A DNA stretch of 64,000 nucleotides from Prochlorococcus sp. AG-459-M13. GTDB lineage: Bacteria; Cyanobacteriota; Cyanobacteriia; PCC-6307; Cyanobiaceae. Positions 43,796 through 55,673 of the stretch are shown in pieces; position 1 is the stretch's first letter, and each line of letters opens with the position of its first letter. The stretch is taken from assembly GCA_003212005.1 (NCBI GenBank), contig QCRE01000002.1, positions 8,790 to 72,789 on the forward strand, given 5' to 3'. Under the pieces are notes generated by a model that worked only from the letters and a program-made list of their open reading frames with translations, was not told the origin of the DNA and did not search any database. Made by a program: the position numbers and the translations under genes.

Positions 43796-45022
43796 TTATA
43801 TATTAATTATTCGTTCCATTGCATTAATAACATTAGATCTTGAGTTAAAGGCTGATAATCGAAAATAACCCTCTCCTGCTAATCCAAACCCACTTCCTGG
43901 TGTACCAACTACATTAGCTTTTTCAAGTAAATAATCAAAAAAGTCCCAGGAAGTCATTTCAGATGGAACTTTTATCCAAATATATGGTGCATCATTGCCC
44001 CCAAACACTTTAAAACCAGCACTTGTTAGCTTATTTCGCATAATCATCGCATTATCCATATAAAAATCAATTAAAGACTTAACCTCTTTTTTACCTTGAG
44101 AAGAATATACTGCCTCTGCTCCTCTCTGTACGATGTAGCTAACTCCATTAAATTTAGTACATTGACGTCTGTTCCATAATGACCATAAATTAACTTTTTC
44201 ACCTTTTGAATTTTGTCCTGATAAATACTTAGGTATTACTGTGTATGCACATCTAACTCCAGTAAATCCTGCATTTTTTGAGAAAGATCTAAATTCTATA
44301 GCACAATTTTTGGCTCCCTCTATCTCATATATTGAATGAGGAACATTTTCATCTTGAATAAAAGCTTCATAAGCTGCATCGAAGAGAATCAAAGACTTAT
44401 TTTCATTAGCGTAGTCAACCCATTTTTTTAATTCTTGTTTAGTAATGGTTGCTCCAGTGGGATTATTAGGGAAACAAAGATACACAATATCAACTTTATT
44501 TTTAGGAATTTCTGGCAAAAAATTATTATCTTCATTAATTGCTAAATATATTAGACCTTGATAAGTACCATTTTTGAGTGTTTCCCCAGTTCGCCCATTC
44601 ATAACATTACTGTCTACATAAACAGGATAAACAGGATCTGTTACTGCAATCAAATTATCTTCACCTAGAATATCTAAAATATTACTACTATCGCATTTTG
44701 AACCATCTGAAACAAATATTTCTTCAGATGTAATTTGACACCCTCTTGAAATAAAATCATTTTCAGAAATTTTTCTCCTCAGCCATTCGTATCCTTGCTC
44801 TGGACCATAACCTTTAAATCCGTTATTTGTTCCCATTTCATTTAATGCTTTACTCATTGCATCTATACAAGCTTTAGGTAGTGGCTCCGTTACATCGCCG
44901 ATTCCAAGCTTAATAACTTCTGAGTTATTATTGGCTTGTATATAAGTATTTACTCTTTTGGAGATTTCAGGGAATAGATATCCTGCTTTGAGCTTTAAAT
45001 AATTTTCGTTTATTTGTACCAC
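43796..45022 (-). CDS. dapL: LL-diaminopimelate aminotransferase
   Basis: [37 protein letters not shown]. Confidence 0.96.
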   Translation of the reverse strand: MVQINENYLKLKAGYLFPEISKRVNTYIQANNNSEVIKLGIGDVTEPLPKACIDAMSKALNEMGTNNGFKGYGPEQGYEWLRRKISENDFISRGCQITSEEIFVSDGSKCDSSNILDILGEDNLIAVTDPVYPVYVDSNVMNGRTGETLKNGTYQGLIYLAINEDNNFLPEIPKNKVDIVYLCFPNNPTGATITKQELKKWVDYANENKSLILFDAAYEAFIQDENVPHSIYEIEGAKNCAIEFRSFSKNAGFTGVRCAYTVIPKYLSGQNSKGEKVNLWSLWNRRQCTKFNGVSYIVQRGAEAVYSSQGKKEVKSLIDFYMDNAMIMRNKLTSAGFKVFGGNDAPYIWIKVPSEMTSWDFFDYLLEKANVVGTPGSGFGLAGEGYFRLSAFNSRSNVINAMERIINI

Positions 45023-45097
45023 TTGAAAAAATCAGATGTCTATATAAGGATAATAGATGAATGTGCTTAAGAGGAAATTAGATGTTAATATAAGATT

Positions 45098-45317
45098 GGT
45101 TATGATCTAATAAAGAAATTATCATAGCTATTAAATCAATTTCAAATCGTTTGAAAGTCGTCTAAAACTTAAATACTTAGCAAATTACACTACTACCATT
45201 TTTTTTTTAAATCTCATAAACTTAACTATCAAGTAATTTTAGTAAGTAATTGAATATTAAATTATTTACTTTTTTATCGATTTTCAAAATTCAAAACATA
45301 CTCAAATTTTTTCTTAT
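45098..45317 (+). promoter_or_regulatory. probable long structured 5' UTR of rne
   Basis: Three stem-loops (GGTTATGAT/ATCATAGCT; TTTCAAA/TTTGAAA; AGTAAGTAATT/AATTATTTACT followed by a T-run) and a long T-run near 45199-45208; boundaries approximate. Confidence 0.5.
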
Positions 45318-47141
45318 ATGCCTCAGCAAATTGTAATAGCTGAGCAGGCGCGTATTGCAGCACTACTCACAGATGATCGAGTTGATGAATTAATCGTCGC
45401 ACAAGGTCAATATCAAATCGGAGATATTTTTTTAGGAACCGTTGAAAATGTTCTTCCAGGAATTGATGCCGCCTTTATCGATATTGGAGAGAGTGAAAAA
45501 AATGGCTTTATTCATGTATCAGATCTGGGGCCATTAAAATTAAAAAAAGGTGTTCTTGGTATTACTGAACTTCTAGAACCAAAACAAAAAGTTCTCGTTC
45601 AAGTTATGAAAGAACCAACTGGGAATAAAGGTCCGCGACTTACAGGCAATGTTTCATTACCTGGAAAGTTTTTAATATTGCAACCTTTCGGACAAGGAGT
45701 CAATATTTCTAGAAAAATCAACACTGATACTGAAAGAAGTCGTTTAAGAGCACTTGGGGTTTTAATTAAACCGCCAAGCACAGGTTTATTATTTCGAACA
45801 GAAGCCGAAAAAATAAAAGAAGAATTACTTATTGAAGACTTAGAAAATTTAATTCAACAATGGGAACAAATTACAAAAATTTCAGAAAATTCTCATCCAC
45901 CAAATCTGATCAATAGAGACGAAGATTTTTCTTTAAAAATTTTAAGAGACTGCGTTAAATCTACAACTAATAAAATCATAATTGATGATAAAGTAGCTCT
46001 CGAAAAAGCAAAAGAATTTTTAGGCAATAATGATTCTAATGTGGATCTTGTGTTTCATAATAATGACCAGAACGAAAATATTTTAGACAAATACCAAATT
46101 ATCAAAACTATTCAAAAGGCGCTTCAACCAAGAGTAGATTTACCCTCAGGAGGATACATAATTATTGAGCCAACTGAAGCTTTAACAGTAATTGATGTGA
46201 ATTCTGGATCTTTCACAAGATCAGCCAATTCAAGACAAACAGTTTTATGGACTAATTGTGAAGCAGCTGTTGAAATTTCTCGACAAATGAAATTAAGAAA
46301 TATTGGGGGAGTTTTAGTCATTGATTTTATAGATATGGAATCTCGAAGAGATCAATTTCAATTACTTGAGCAATTTTCTTTAGCCATAAAAGATGACTCT
46401 GCAAGGCCTCAGATAGCTGAGCTAACTGAATTAGGTTTAGTTGAATTAACCAGAAAAAGACAAGGTCAAAATATATATGAATTATTTGGCAAAAAATGTA
46501 ATGCTTGTAATGGATTAGGTCATATAGAAAATATAACAGATCACCTTAACTCAAATTTCGAGACAAATCAATCTGCAAAGAAATCTATCAAATTAAATAA
46601 TACAAAACTTCCAGATTTATACCCGACTCAAGTAATTGAAAATCAAGAAAAAGTAGGGAAAAAAGATTTATCTAACCCCAAAAATTTAAATAACGAAGAT
46701 GAGAGTTCCAAAAAAAAGGAAAATGATAATGAAATGCCTAATACAAATAATTCAAGAGAAAATAACGTAATTAGAGTTGATCTCAGCGAAGATGAAAAAA
46801 TTGTCTATAGTCAATTGGGTATAAATCCATTAATTAAATTAGGGAAACAATATTTAACTAATAATCATTTAATACTTTTAGATGATAGTAAAAAAGATAC
46901 AGAAAAAACTTCAGAAAATAATAAAAAACCAATAAATAAAGTATCTAATAAAAAAGCAAATAAAAAAACTTCAACTACCAATTCAATAGAAAAGTTTGAA
47001 GTTGAATCAGATGATAATAGTAAAGTTAATCCCGAGAATAAATTACCTTCAATAACAACAACGAATGATGAAATAGAAATAACTGATGAAATTGATAATT
47101 CCAGACGGAAAAGGAGAAGATCGTCTGCAAGTATTGAATAA
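45318..47141 (+). CDS. rne: ribonuclease E
   Basis: S1 domain, [22 protein letters not shown] zinc link, C-terminal RRKRRRSSA. Confidence 0.97.
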   Translation: MPQQIVIAEQARIAALLTDDRVDELIVAQGQYQIGDIFLGTVENVLPGIDAAFIDIGESEKNGFIHVSDLGPLKLKKGVLGITELLEPKQKVLVQVMKEPTGNKGPRLTGNVSLPGKFLILQPFGQGVNISRKINTDTERSRLRALGVLIKPPSTGLLFRTEAEKIKEELLIEDLENLIQQWEQITKISENSHPPNLINRDEDFSLKILRDCVKSTTNKIIIDDKVALEKAKEFLGNNDSNVDLVFHNNDQNENILDKYQIIKTIQKALQPRVDLPSGGYIIIEPTEALTVIDVNSGSFTRSANSRQTVLWTNCEAAVEISRQMKLRNIGGVLVIDFIDMESRRDQFQLLEQFSLAIKDDSARPQIAELTELGLVELTRKRQGQNIYELFGKKCNACNGLGHIENITDHLNSNFETNQSAKKSIKLNNTKLPDLYPTQVIENQEKVGKKDLSNPKNLNNEDESSKKKENDNEMPNTNNSRENNVIRVDLSEDEKIVYSQLGINPLIKLGKQYLTNNHLILLDDSKKDTEKTSENNKKPINKVSNKKANKKTSTTNSIEKFEVESDDNSKVNPENKLPSITTTNDEIEITDEIDNSRRKRRRSSASIE

Positions 47142-47715
47142 AGTTTCTGAAATAGGTATTGACGAAGTTGGTCGGGGTGCGATTTTTGGTCCAGTATTTT
47201 CTGCTGCCGTAGTTCTAAAGGGAAAAAATAAATTAAAGATTAAGCAATTAGGCGTAAAGGATAGTAAAAAGTTAACTTCCAAAACAAGAGAATTGCTATT
47301 TCCTAAAATTATTGAATTATCTTCAGATTATAGCTTTGGGCAGTCTTCAGTAAGAGAGATAGATCAATTAGGAATAAGACATGCAACCGAGCTTTCAATG
47401 ATTAGAGCTATCAAAAAGTTAAAAGAGAATCCTTCTGAATTAATAATTGATGGCCCATTATCATTAAGACTTTGGCAGGGTCGTCAAAGGAATATAATTT
47501 CTGGCGATTCCAAATTCACCTCAATTGCTGCTGCCAGCATTATTGCAAAAGTAACACGGGATTTTTTAATGGAAAGATTAGAAAAAAAATACCCTGGATA
47601 TTTTATCTTCAAAAATAAAGGATATGGCACTAAAGAGCATTTTTCAAGTCTAAGAGCAAATGGAATAACAACTTTACATAGAAAAAGTTTCTTGACTAAA
47701 TTAAACCTGATTTAA
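47086..47715 (+). CDS. rnhB: ribonuclease HII (TTG at 47134 is the likelier start)
   Basis: [18 protein letters not shown]...[24 protein letters not shown]. Confidence 0.96.
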   Translation: MKLIIPDGKGEDRLQVLNKVSEIGIDEVGRGAIFGPVFSAAVVLKGKNKLKIKQLGVKDSKKLTSKTRELLFPKIIELSSDYSFGQSSVREIDQLGIRHATELSMIRAIKKLKENPSELIIDGPLSLRLWQGRQRNIISGDSKFTSIAAASIIAKVTRDFLMERLEKKYPGYFIFKNKGYGTKEHFSSLRANGITTLHRKSFLTKLNLI

Positions 47716-48237
47716 TTCACACCAATTTACGAAATCTTTTATTAATTGTTGCTGCACTCTTGATTTTATTCCCAACAAAATTCCATTCAATACTGAATGG
47801 CCAGTCGATTCCAAAATTTTCTTTGGCACAAGTTTCAAAAGAGGAGGCTGACTCACTGAAACCCCTAGAAGTGCTTCGCCTTCTAATCCATTAGAAGTCG
47901 CCTCTAAATTTGCTTTCAAAATTAAACTAAAATCTTCTATTATCCCTAAACCATCTAATTTGCTATCCAGTGCACTCATTTTTAAAACTCCCTCTTTATT
48001 CTCAACTGCAATTGATACAACGGGGTTAACATCTAATTGAAAAACCCGAAAACTTGTTACAGTATATTTATACTTTCCATCCCCTTCAGGTTCTAATTTA
48101 TTGGGGTCTAGCATTGCTCCAACAACTCTTTCTTCTTCCAAAAGATATTTAGAAAGATATTCTTTATTCTTTGTTACAGAAAGCTTAAGTTTCTGTTTAG
48201 CATCAAAAGCTAGAAGCATTTTTAAACATACCTCCAA
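47701..48237 (-). CDS. DUF1997 family protein
   Basis: V.V..PP.L.LVP..ILE.TG..VL...L..IK.R...QL..DF..W pattern. Confidence 0.75.
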   Translation of the reverse strand: MEVCLKMLLAFDAKQKLKLSVTKNKEYLSKYLLEEERVVGAMLDPNKLEPEGDGKYKYTVTSFRVFQLDVNPVVSIAVENKEGVLKMSALDSKLDGLGIIEDFSLILKANLEATSNGLEGEALLGVSVSQPPLLKLVPKKILESTGHSVLNGILLGIKSRVQQQLIKDFVNWCELNQV

Positions 48238-48269
48238 TGCTTATTTGATCTTTTTTTTTACCATTAATC

Positions 48270-49115
48270 ATGCGCAAACAAGTTGCATATTTAGGCCCTG
48301 AAGGTACATACGCTGAAAAAGCAGCTCATATTCTATCAAAGCTTGCCAATTTTGAGTCACCTTTATTTGTACCATGTAACAGGCTATATTCAGTTATTAA
48401 ATCTATTGCCTACAACAATTGTGATGCAGGAATAGTACCTATCGAAAACTCAGTTGAGGGAGGAGTAACGAATACTTTAGATGCACTTTGGAAATTTTCT
48501 GATATTAATATCAATAAAGCAATTGTTTTGCCGATAAAGCATGCCTTAATTAGTGATGGAGATATTTCAGAGATATCTGAAGTTCTCTCTCATCCACAAG
48601 CTTTAGCTCAATGTTCAGAATGGTTACATGAGAATCTTCCAGATGCAATTACATTATCAACAAATTCAACTTCAGAAGCTGTAAATATGGTTAGAGGTAG
48701 TTCATTTAGAGCAGCTATTGGATCCAAGTCTCTCACAGAAATAGAAGGGCTTAAAGAATTAGCATTCCCTATTAATGATGTTCCAGGAAATTGTACAAGA
48801 TTTGTTTTATTGAGTAAAGAATCCTTTGTAGATAAAGCAAATATTGCAAGTTTTGCCTTCTCATTACTCTCAAATAATCCTGGTGCTTTAGTTGAAGCTT
48901 TAAATTATATTGCTGAATTTGGATTCAATATGAGCAAAATAGAATCAAGGCCTTCAAAAAGAGAATTAGGAGAATATATAATTTTCATTGATGTTGACAT
49001 AAATGAGAAAAGTAATATTGAAGCTTTTTATCAACTGAAGAAAAAACTAAACCCACTATGTGAACATTTAGTCGATTTTGGTTGTTATTTGTCAGAAAAC
49101 GTTAATTTAGACTAA
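48270..49115 (+). CDS. pheA: prephenate dehydratase
   Basis: YLGPEGT, PIENSVEG, SHPQALAQC, N.TRF, ACT domain with IESRP. Confidence 0.97.
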   Translation: MRKQVAYLGPEGTYAEKAAHILSKLANFESPLFVPCNRLYSVIKSIAYNNCDAGIVPIENSVEGGVTNTLDALWKFSDININKAIVLPIKHALISDGDISEISEVLSHPQALAQCSEWLHENLPDAITLSTNSTSEAVNMVRGSSFRAAIGSKSLTEIEGLKELAFPINDVPGNCTRFVLLSKESFVDKANIASFAFSLLSNNPGALVEALNYIAEFGFNMSKIESRPSKRELGEYIIFIDVDINEKSNIEAFYQLKKKLNPLCEHLVDFGCYLSENVNLD

Positions 49116-50048
49116 TTAACCTCTGCATTTATAAACACCAAATTCCATTAAACCTTTTTTAAAAGCCCAATCCATTAGCAATATTGTAGGAATCTCTCTG
49201 ATAGACTTTATTATCGCTCCCGGACCAAGGGATAATATTGCATTTGGTCTTCTAATTCCTTCAAATATTGAATCAAACCAAGAGGGATTTGTAAATGAAT
49301 TCCAGTTCTCAAAAATAACTTGGCCTGAACTATTTTTATTATTGGTCAAAATATTACTAAATTCATTAATACTCATAAATTTAGGATGCACCCATTGTTC
49401 AAGTAGTTGTTTCAAGATTATTCTTTCAATAATTGATGGGGGTTGCTTTTTTAAATCTCTTGAATTCCAATCAGCCAAAGCTAAAAATCCACCAGGCCTC
49501 AAAGTTCTTAACATTTGATCTGCAAATTTAGTTTTATCATTCATATGAGCTCCCGCTTCAACACTCCAAACTCCATCAAATGCTCCTTCTTCAAATTTCA
49601 AATCCAAAGCATCCATAACTTTAAAGTTACATTTGCATTCCAGTGGGGTAAGTTCTCTAGCTCTTCTTACTTGAGCTGGACTAATAGTTATACCAGTTAC
49701 ATTAAATCCATAATAATTGGCAAGAATCCTGGAGCTTCCACCTATCCCGCAACCTACATCTAAAACCCTGGAACCTCTCGGTAATTTATCTAAACCACTC
49801 CATCTAACAAGCTCGTGTACAAATTGGACTTTAGCTTCTCTAAAGTCAATATTTTTTTTTGGAGGATAGAAGCCCAAATGTATATGTTCTCCCCACAATC
49901 TTTCTAAAAGTTTATCTTGGGTCCATGAGTCATAAGCTGATGCTACAGTTCCCGAAGAAACATATTTTCTTGTATTAATTCTCCAAAGTATTAAATAAGA
50001 AAGCAATAATATTATTACTAAAAAAAAAGAAATTATTAAAATAGACAT
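49116..50048 (-). CDS. SAM methyltransferase, MPBQ/MSBQ (plastoquinone/tocopherol) methyltransferase-like
   Basis: N-terminal TM, WGEHIHLG, VLDVGCGIGGS, WSVEAG.H. Confidence 0.8.
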   Translation of the reverse strand: MSILIISFFLVIILLLSYLILWRINTRKYVSSGTVASAYDSWTQDKLLERLWGEHIHLGFYPPKKNIDFREAKVQFVHELVRWSGLDKLPRGSRVLDVGCGIGGSSRILANYYGFNVTGITISPAQVRRARELTPLECKCNFKVMDALDLKFEEGAFDGVWSVEAGAHMNDKTKFADQMLRTLRPGGFLALADWNSRDLKKQPPSIIERIILKQLLEQWVHPKFMSINEFSNILTNNKNSSGQVIFENWNSFTNPSWFDSIFEGIRRPNAILSLGPGAIIKSIREIPTILLMDWAFKKGLMEFGVYKCRG

Positions 50049-50705
50049 TTAATTTTCTTTGATATCTGGAAAGCTTTCTTTTAAAGCTGTTCTAGCTGCT
50101 AATTGTTTTCTTGTATGATCTAACATTTCAAACTCCCTTTGCAAACGTGTATGAGTATTCCTCTCTTCTAAAAGTCTCTGCTGCTCTTCAGCTACCGGTC
50201 CACCTAAATGAGCACCTATCCAAAAAGATAGTTCCATAGGATTATCAGGTAACTTATCAGGAAGAACTTTTTGGGAATTTGTAAGTTTACTAGTTAATTT
50301 AACTACATCATTTAATGCTTGAGTAACTGAATCTTTTAAAGTGTCTAAGCTTTGTAAACTTTCAATGTTTTCATCTGTAATCCAACTAACCATTGCTGAA
50401 GTATAAGGTGTTGAACGAACAATTTCTAAGACCTGAAATCTTTGCTGTCCTAATGTAATTATGTTACTTCTACCATCTTCAGCTGTTTGATGCTTGATTA
50501 TTTGAGCACAACAACCAACGTTAGCAATACTTTTTGTATTAGGATCCCATTTTATTACCCCAAACATTGAATCTGATTCAAGTACAGATTTGAGCATTAT
50601 TCTGTATCTTGACTCAAAAATATGTAAAGGTAAAACTTCTTGAGGGAAAAGAACAACTTCTGGTAGAGGGAATAAAGGTAATTCCCTTACTGAAAGCTCT
50701 CCCAT
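50049..50705 (-). CDS. Lon protease substrate-binding (LON-N) domain protein, no protease domain
   Basis: LPLFPL..VVLFP...LPLHIFE.RYR.M. Confidence 0.9.
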   Translation of the reverse strand: MGELSVRELPLFPLPEVVLFPQEVLPLHIFESRYRIMLKSVLESDSMFGVIKWDPNTKSIANVGCCAQIIKHQTAEDGRSNIITLGQQRFQVLEIVRSTPYTSAMVSWITDENIESLQSLDTLKDSVTQALNDVVKLTSKLTNSQKVLPDKLPDNPMELSFWIGAHLGGPVAEEQQRLLEERNTHTRLQREFEMLDHTRKQLAARTALKESFPDIKEN

Positions 50706-50762
50706 TTAAACCTCAACTCATATATAAATATCTTAGTAAATTTAACTTCTAATCGGGCTTAC

Positions 50763-51083
50763 TTATAATTTAACTTCTATATCTACTCCGCTTGGAAGAT
50801 CTAATTTCATTAAAGCATCTATAGTTTTAGCAGAAGGACTATAAATATCTATTATTCTTCTATGGGTTCTAGTCTCAAAATGTTCTCTAGAATCTTTATC
50901 TACATGAGGAGATCTTAAAACACAATAAATTTTTCTCTTTGTTGGTAAAGGAATAGGTCCTATTGCTGAAGCAGCAGTAGTATCAGCTGTTTGGATGATT
51001 TTATCACAGGATAAATCGAGCATTCTCCTATCAAATGCCTTTAATCTTATGCGAATTTTTTGTTGAGCAAGTGTAGCGGTCAT
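50763..51083 (-). CDS. rpsJ: 30S ribosomal protein S10
   Basis: [28 protein letters not shown]. Confidence 0.99.
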   Translation of the reverse strand: MTATLAQQKIRIRLKAFDRRMLDLSCDKIIQTADTTAASAIGPIPLPTKRKIYCVLRSPHVDKDSREHFETRTHRRIIDIYSPSAKTIDALMKLDLPSGVDIEVKL

Positions 51084-51106
51084 AGGTTTAAATTAATCTA
51101 TTTATA

Positions 51107-51133
51107 AAGGGTTATTGATAAACAATAACCCTT
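51107..51133 (-). terminator. stem-loop between tuf and rpsJ (leaky terminator or 3'-stabilising hairpin)
   Basis: Perfect 11-bp stem AAGGGTTATTG/CAATAACCCTT with a 5-nt loop; only a weak U-tail on the minus strand. Confidence 0.65.
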
Positions 51134-51187
51134 CCTGTTATTTTTTATTTTAGATTATCAAAGGTTGACTAAGTAAAATAAAAAAAA

Positions 51188-52387
51188 TTATTCAATAATC
51201 TTAGAGACAACACCAGCACCGATAGTACGGCCCCCTTCGCGAATAGCAAAGCGCATACCTTGTTCAATAGCAACTGGGCAAATCAATTCACCAGTCATTT
51301 TAATTCTATCGCCTGGCATAACCATTTCTACATTAGAACCATCATCAGAAGTAAATGCTGTAATTTGTCCAGTTACATCTGTAGTTCTGATATAAAATTG
51401 CGGCCTATAACCTGCAAAAAATGGTGTATGTCTTCCACCTTCTTCTTTCTTAAGAACGTACACTTCGCCTTCAAATTTTGTATGAGGGGTAATTGAGCCT
51501 TTTTTAACAAGTACCATACCTCTTTCAATATCTTCTTTTTGGACCCCTCGTAAAAGTAGTCCAACATTATCACCAGCCATACCTTCATCAAGAAGTTTAC
51601 GGAACATCTCAACACCAGTGACTGTAGTCAATCTTGTATCTCTTATTCCAACGATTTCAACTTCTTCTCCAACTTTGACTTTACCTCTTTCTATTCTTCC
51701 TGTAGCTACCGTTCCTCTACCAGTGATAGAAAAAACATCTTCAACTGCCATCAAAAATGGCTTATCAACTTCTCTTTCAGGTTCAGGAATGCTTGCATCA
51801 ACAGCAGTCATTAATTCTTCAATTTTTGATTCCCAAGTAGAATCTCCCTCTAAAGCTTTTAAACCAGAAACTTGAACAATTGGTATGTCATCACCAGGGA
51901 AATCATAACTATCAAGAAGTTCTCTAATTTCCATCTCAACAAGTTCAATGATTTCTTCATCATCAACCATGTCGCATTTATTTAATGCAACAACTAATGC
52001 AGGGACTCCAACTTGTTTTGCTAAAAGAATATGCTCTTTTGTTTGAGCCATAGGACCGTCAGTTGCAGCACAAACCAAAATTGCACCATCCATCTGAGCA
52101 GCACCAGTAATCATGTTTTTTACATAATCAGCATGACCAGGACAGTCAACATGGGCATAATGTCTATCTGCTGTTTCATATTCAACGTGAGCAGTATTAA
52201 TTGTTATGCCACGTTCTCTTTCTTCTGGAGCACCATCAATGTCTCCATAGTCTTGAGCTTGTGCTTGACCTTTTTTAGCTAAAACATTTGTAATAGCAGC
52301 AGTCAGTGTTGTTTTACCATGATCGACGTGGCCAATAGTGCCAATGTTGACATGTGGTTTGTTCCTTTCGAACTTCTCGCGAGCCAT
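51188..52387 (-). CDS. tuf: elongation factor Tu
   Basis: [26 protein letters not shown]. Confidence 0.99.
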   Translation of the reverse strand: MAREKFERNKPHVNIGTIGHVDHGKTTLTAAITNVLAKKGQAQAQDYGDIDGAPEERERGITINTAHVEYETADRHYAHVDCPGHADYVKNMITGAAQMDGAILVCAATDGPMAQTKEHILLAKQVGVPALVVALNKCDMVDDEEIIELVEMEIRELLDSYDFPGDDIPIVQVSGLKALEGDSTWESKIEELMTAVDASIPEPEREVDKPFLMAVEDVFSITGRGTVATGRIERGKVKVGEEVEIVGIRDTRLTTVTGVEMFRKLLDEGMAGDNVGLLLRGVQKEDIERGMVLVKKGSITPHTKFEGEVYVLKKEEGGRHTPFFAGYRPQFYIRTTDVTGQITAFTSDDGSNVEMVMPGDRIKMTGELICPVAIEQGMRFAIREGGRTIGAGVVSKIIE

Positions 52388-52429
52388 TTGAATTAAAGAA
52401 TCGGGGTTAAAGAGTGTTTGGTTTAGAGA

Positions 52430-54505
52430 TCAGGAATTGCCCTGATTCTTGGAAATGATAGCTTCAGCAACATTACGAGGAACTTCCTCATAATTTGCGA
52501 ACTCCATTGAAAATATACCCCGACCTTGAGTCATTGATCGGAGTTGAGTGGCATAACCGAACATTTCGGCTAAAGGCACTTTGGCCTGTACTTTAGACAA
52601 TCCATCATCAACAGATTGTCCTTCGACTTGACCCCTTCTTGAGGAGAGATCACCAATAACAGATCCAAGAAAGTCTTCAGGGCTTTCGACCTCAACTTTC
52701 ATCATAGGCTCTAGAAGGACAGGATTGCATTTTTTCACCCCATCTTTAAAAGCCATTGAACCTGCAATTTTGAAGGCCATCTCAGACGAGTCTACATCGT
52801 GGAATGAACCATCGACTAGTGTTACTTTTACATCAATCAGCGGATAACCGGCAAGAACTCCTGATTCACAGGTTTCTTTCATACCATTAGAGGCTGGTCC
52901 AATGAATTCTTTTGGAACAGATCCGCCAACAATTTTGTTAACAAATTCAAAACCTTTACCAACTTCAGCAGGTTCCATTTCAATTATTACGTGACCATAT
53001 TGACCTTTACCTCCTGTTTGTCTGGCATACTTACCTTCACCCTTGGAGCTTGATCTAATAGTTTCTCTGTAAGAAACTTGTGGAGCCCCTATATTTGCCT
53101 CAACTTTGAACTCTCTCAACATTCTATCTACGAGTATTTCTAGATGCAATTCACCCATACCAGCTATAACTGTCTGATTTGTCTCTTTATCTGTACTTAC
53201 CCTAAAGGTTGGATCCTCTTCAGATAAGGCTTGTAAAGCTTTAGAAAGTTTTTCCATATCGCCTTTAGTCTTAGGTTCAACCGCAACTGAGATTACAGGT
53301 TCAGGAATAAATAGAGTTTCTAGAACTATTGGGTCATCTGTATTACATAAAGTGTCACCTGTAGTTGTATTTTTTAAACCTAAAACAGCTCCTAAATCAC
53401 CTGCTCGTAATTCATCAACTTCCTCCCTCTCATCAGCTTTTAAAATAACTAATCTTGATATTCTCTCTTTGGCATCTTTAGTTGAATTCATAACATAACT
53501 TCCTTTTGAAAGAACTCCAGAGTACATTCTGACAAAAGTTAATTTGCCATAAGGGTCTGACATTACTTTGAAGGCCAATGCGCTGAAAGGAGCATTATCA
53601 TCTGAAGGTCTAATATCCTCTTTACCGTTTGGTAAAACGCCTTGTATTGGTTTTACGTCAACTGGTGCAGGCAAATAATCAACTACTGCATCTAAAACTA
53701 ATTGTACCCCTTTATTTTTAAATGCTGATCCACATAAAACGGGGACTAAACCATGCTTTAGAACCCCTTCTCTGATTCCTTTTTTTAACTGGTCTTCGGT
53801 CAATTCCCCTTTGTCTAAAAATATTTCAATCAATTCTTCATCATTTTCTGCAACACTTTCCATTAATTTATTTCTCCATTCCGAAGCTTCATCTTGCATA
53901 TCATCTGGTATTGGGGCTTCTTCAATATCAGTACCTAAATCATTTTTATATAAATAAGCCTTATTACTAACTAAATCTATAATTCCTGTTAGATCTCCTT
54001 CAGCACCTATTGGGAGCTGAATAGGAAATGCATTTGCTTTTAAACGATCTTTAATTTGTTGATTAACTTTTAAGAAGTCTGCGCCTGTTCTATCCATCTT
54101 ATTAACAAAAACCATCCTTGGAACAGAGTATCTATCGGCTTGTCTCCAAACTGTTTCTGACTGTGGTTGAACACCTCCAACGGCACAAAATACTGCTATT
54201 ACTCCATCTAAAACTCTCATTGATCTCTCAACTTCAATCGTAAAATCAACGTGACCGGGAGTATCAATTATATTAATTCTATGATCCTGCCAACTTGTTG
54301 AAATTGCAGCAGCCGTAATAGTGATTCCCCTTTCTCGTTCTTGAGCCATCCAATCAGTAACAGCAGCTCCATCATGTACCTCTCCAATTTTATGAACAAC
54401 TCCTGAATAAAAAAGTATTCTTTCAGTAGTGGTTGTTTTACCAGCGTCGATATGAGCGGCTATACCTATATTCCGAACTCGTTCAAGGGGAAAGTCGCGT
54501 GCCAA
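52430..54505 (-). CDS. fusA: elongation factor G (TTG start)
   Basis: [24 protein letters not shown]. Confidence 0.99.
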   Translation of the reverse strand: MARDFPLERVRNIGIAAHIDAGKTTTTERILFYSGVVHKIGEVHDGAAVTDWMAQERERGITITAAAISTSWQDHRINIIDTPGHVDFTIEVERSMRVLDGVIAVFCAVGGVQPQSETVWRQADRYSVPRMVFVNKMDRTGADFLKVNQQIKDRLKANAFPIQLPIGAEGDLTGIIDLVSNKAYLYKNDLGTDIEEAPIPDDMQDEASEWRNKLMESVAENDEELIEIFLDKGELTEDQLKKGIREGVLKHGLVPVLCGSAFKNKGVQLVLDAVVDYLPAPVDVKPIQGVLPNGKEDIRPSDDNAPFSALAFKVMSDPYGKLTFVRMYSGVLSKGSYVMNSTKDAKERISRLVILKADEREEVDELRAGDLGAVLGLKNTTTGDTLCNTDDPIVLETLFIPEPVISVAVEPKTKGDMEKLSKALQALSEEDPTFRVSTDKETNQTVIAGMGELHLEILVDRMLREFKVEANIGAPQVSYRETIRSSSKGEGKYARQTGGKGQYGHVIIEMEPAEVGKGFEFVNKIVGGSVPKEFIGPASNGMKETCESGVLAGYPLIDVKVTLVDGSFHDVDSSEMAFKIAGSMAFKDGVKKCNPVLLEPMMKVEVESPEDFLGSVIGDLSSRRGQVEGQSVDDGLSKVQAKVPLAEMFGYATQLRSMTQGRGIFSMEFANYEEVPRNVAEAIISKNQGNS

Positions 54506-54543
54506 TGTTAAAACTCCAAATAGAATGATTTGCTAGATAAATT

Positions 54544-54567
54544 AAGTTTATTTGATCAAATAAACTT
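54544..54567. repeat. 24-bp perfect palindrome in the rpsG-fusA spacer
   Basis: AAGTTTATTTGATCAAATAAACTT. Confidence 0.9.
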
Positions 54568-54608
54568 TCGTTTAATAATAAACTAATTCAGGTCCATTTT
54601 GGTTGAAA

Positions 54609-55079
54609 TTAGTATCTGTAGTGAGCAAAAGCCTTATTTGCTTCTGCCATTTTATGAGTATCTTCTCTTTTCTTAACAGCGCTGCCAGTTTCATTAGCTG
54701 CATCCATTAATTCACCAGCCAATTTTTGTGACATACTTTTCCCATTTCTACCTCTTGAAAAAGTAACAAGCCATCTCAATGCCATTGCTGTTCCTCTTTC
54801 TTGACGAACTTCCATTGGGACTTGATAAGTTGCACCACCAACTCTTCTAGCTCTTACCTCAACTAGAGGAGTTGCATTCTTTACTGCTGTTTCAAATAAT
54901 TCTACAGCATTTCCACCAGTTCTTTCACTAATTAGAGAAAAAGCATCTGATAGTATTTTTTGAGCTGTAGATTTTTTACCATGTTTCATTAGTCTAGAAA
55001 TCATCATTGAGGCAAGACGACTATTAAATTGTGGATCTGGTAAAACCGGTCTTTTTACTGCTGCATTACGACGTGACAT
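54609..55079 (-). CDS. rpsG: 30S ribosomal protein S7
   Basis: [28 protein letters not shown]. Confidence 0.99.
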
Positions 55080-55103
55080 ATTAAAAAAAAGTGATGTTAA
55101 AAA

Positions 55104-55481
55104 TTAATCATTTTTAGGGGCTTTTGCTCCATATTTAGATCTGGATTGACGTCTATCTTTGACTCCTGCAGTATCTAAAGTTCCTCTTATTATATGATAT
55201 CTTACTCCAGGCAAATCTTTAACTCTTCCGCCTCTCAAAAGAACAACAGAGTGTTCTTGTAAATTGTGTCCGATTCCAGGAATATATGCCGTAACCTCAA
55301 AACCAGAAGTTAATCTAACTCTAGCAACTTTTCTTAAGGCAGAATTAGGTTTCTTAGGAGTTGATGTATAAACTCTTGTACATACACCTCTTCTCTCTGG
55401 ACAAGATTTAAGTGCAGGAGATTTTGTTTTTCTTGTCAGACGTTTTCTTTCTGATCCAATTAATTGAGAAATGGTCGGCAT
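55104..55481 (-). CDS. rpsL: 30S ribosomal protein S12
   Basis: [22 protein letters not shown]. Confidence 0.99.
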   Translation of the reverse strand: MPTISQLIGSERKRLTRKTKSPALKSCPERRGVCTRVYTSTPKKPNSALRKVARVRLTSGFEVTAYIPGIGHNLQEHSVVLLRGGRVKDLPGVRYHIIRGTLDTAGVKDRRQSRSKYGAKAPKND

Positions 55482-55673
55482 CTATATTTATAGATAAAAA
55501 ATACATATCAAAACATCATAACCTTTTACGAGTCACATCAAAAGTTTTTTTATTTTTTTAATTTAAAATTGAAATTTAAATTTGTTTAGTAATTCTTCAT
55601 TATTTTTAGTTTTATTTGGATTTTTATTTTTATAATGTAAATAAATAAAATTTTTTATATAGTTAAATAATCT

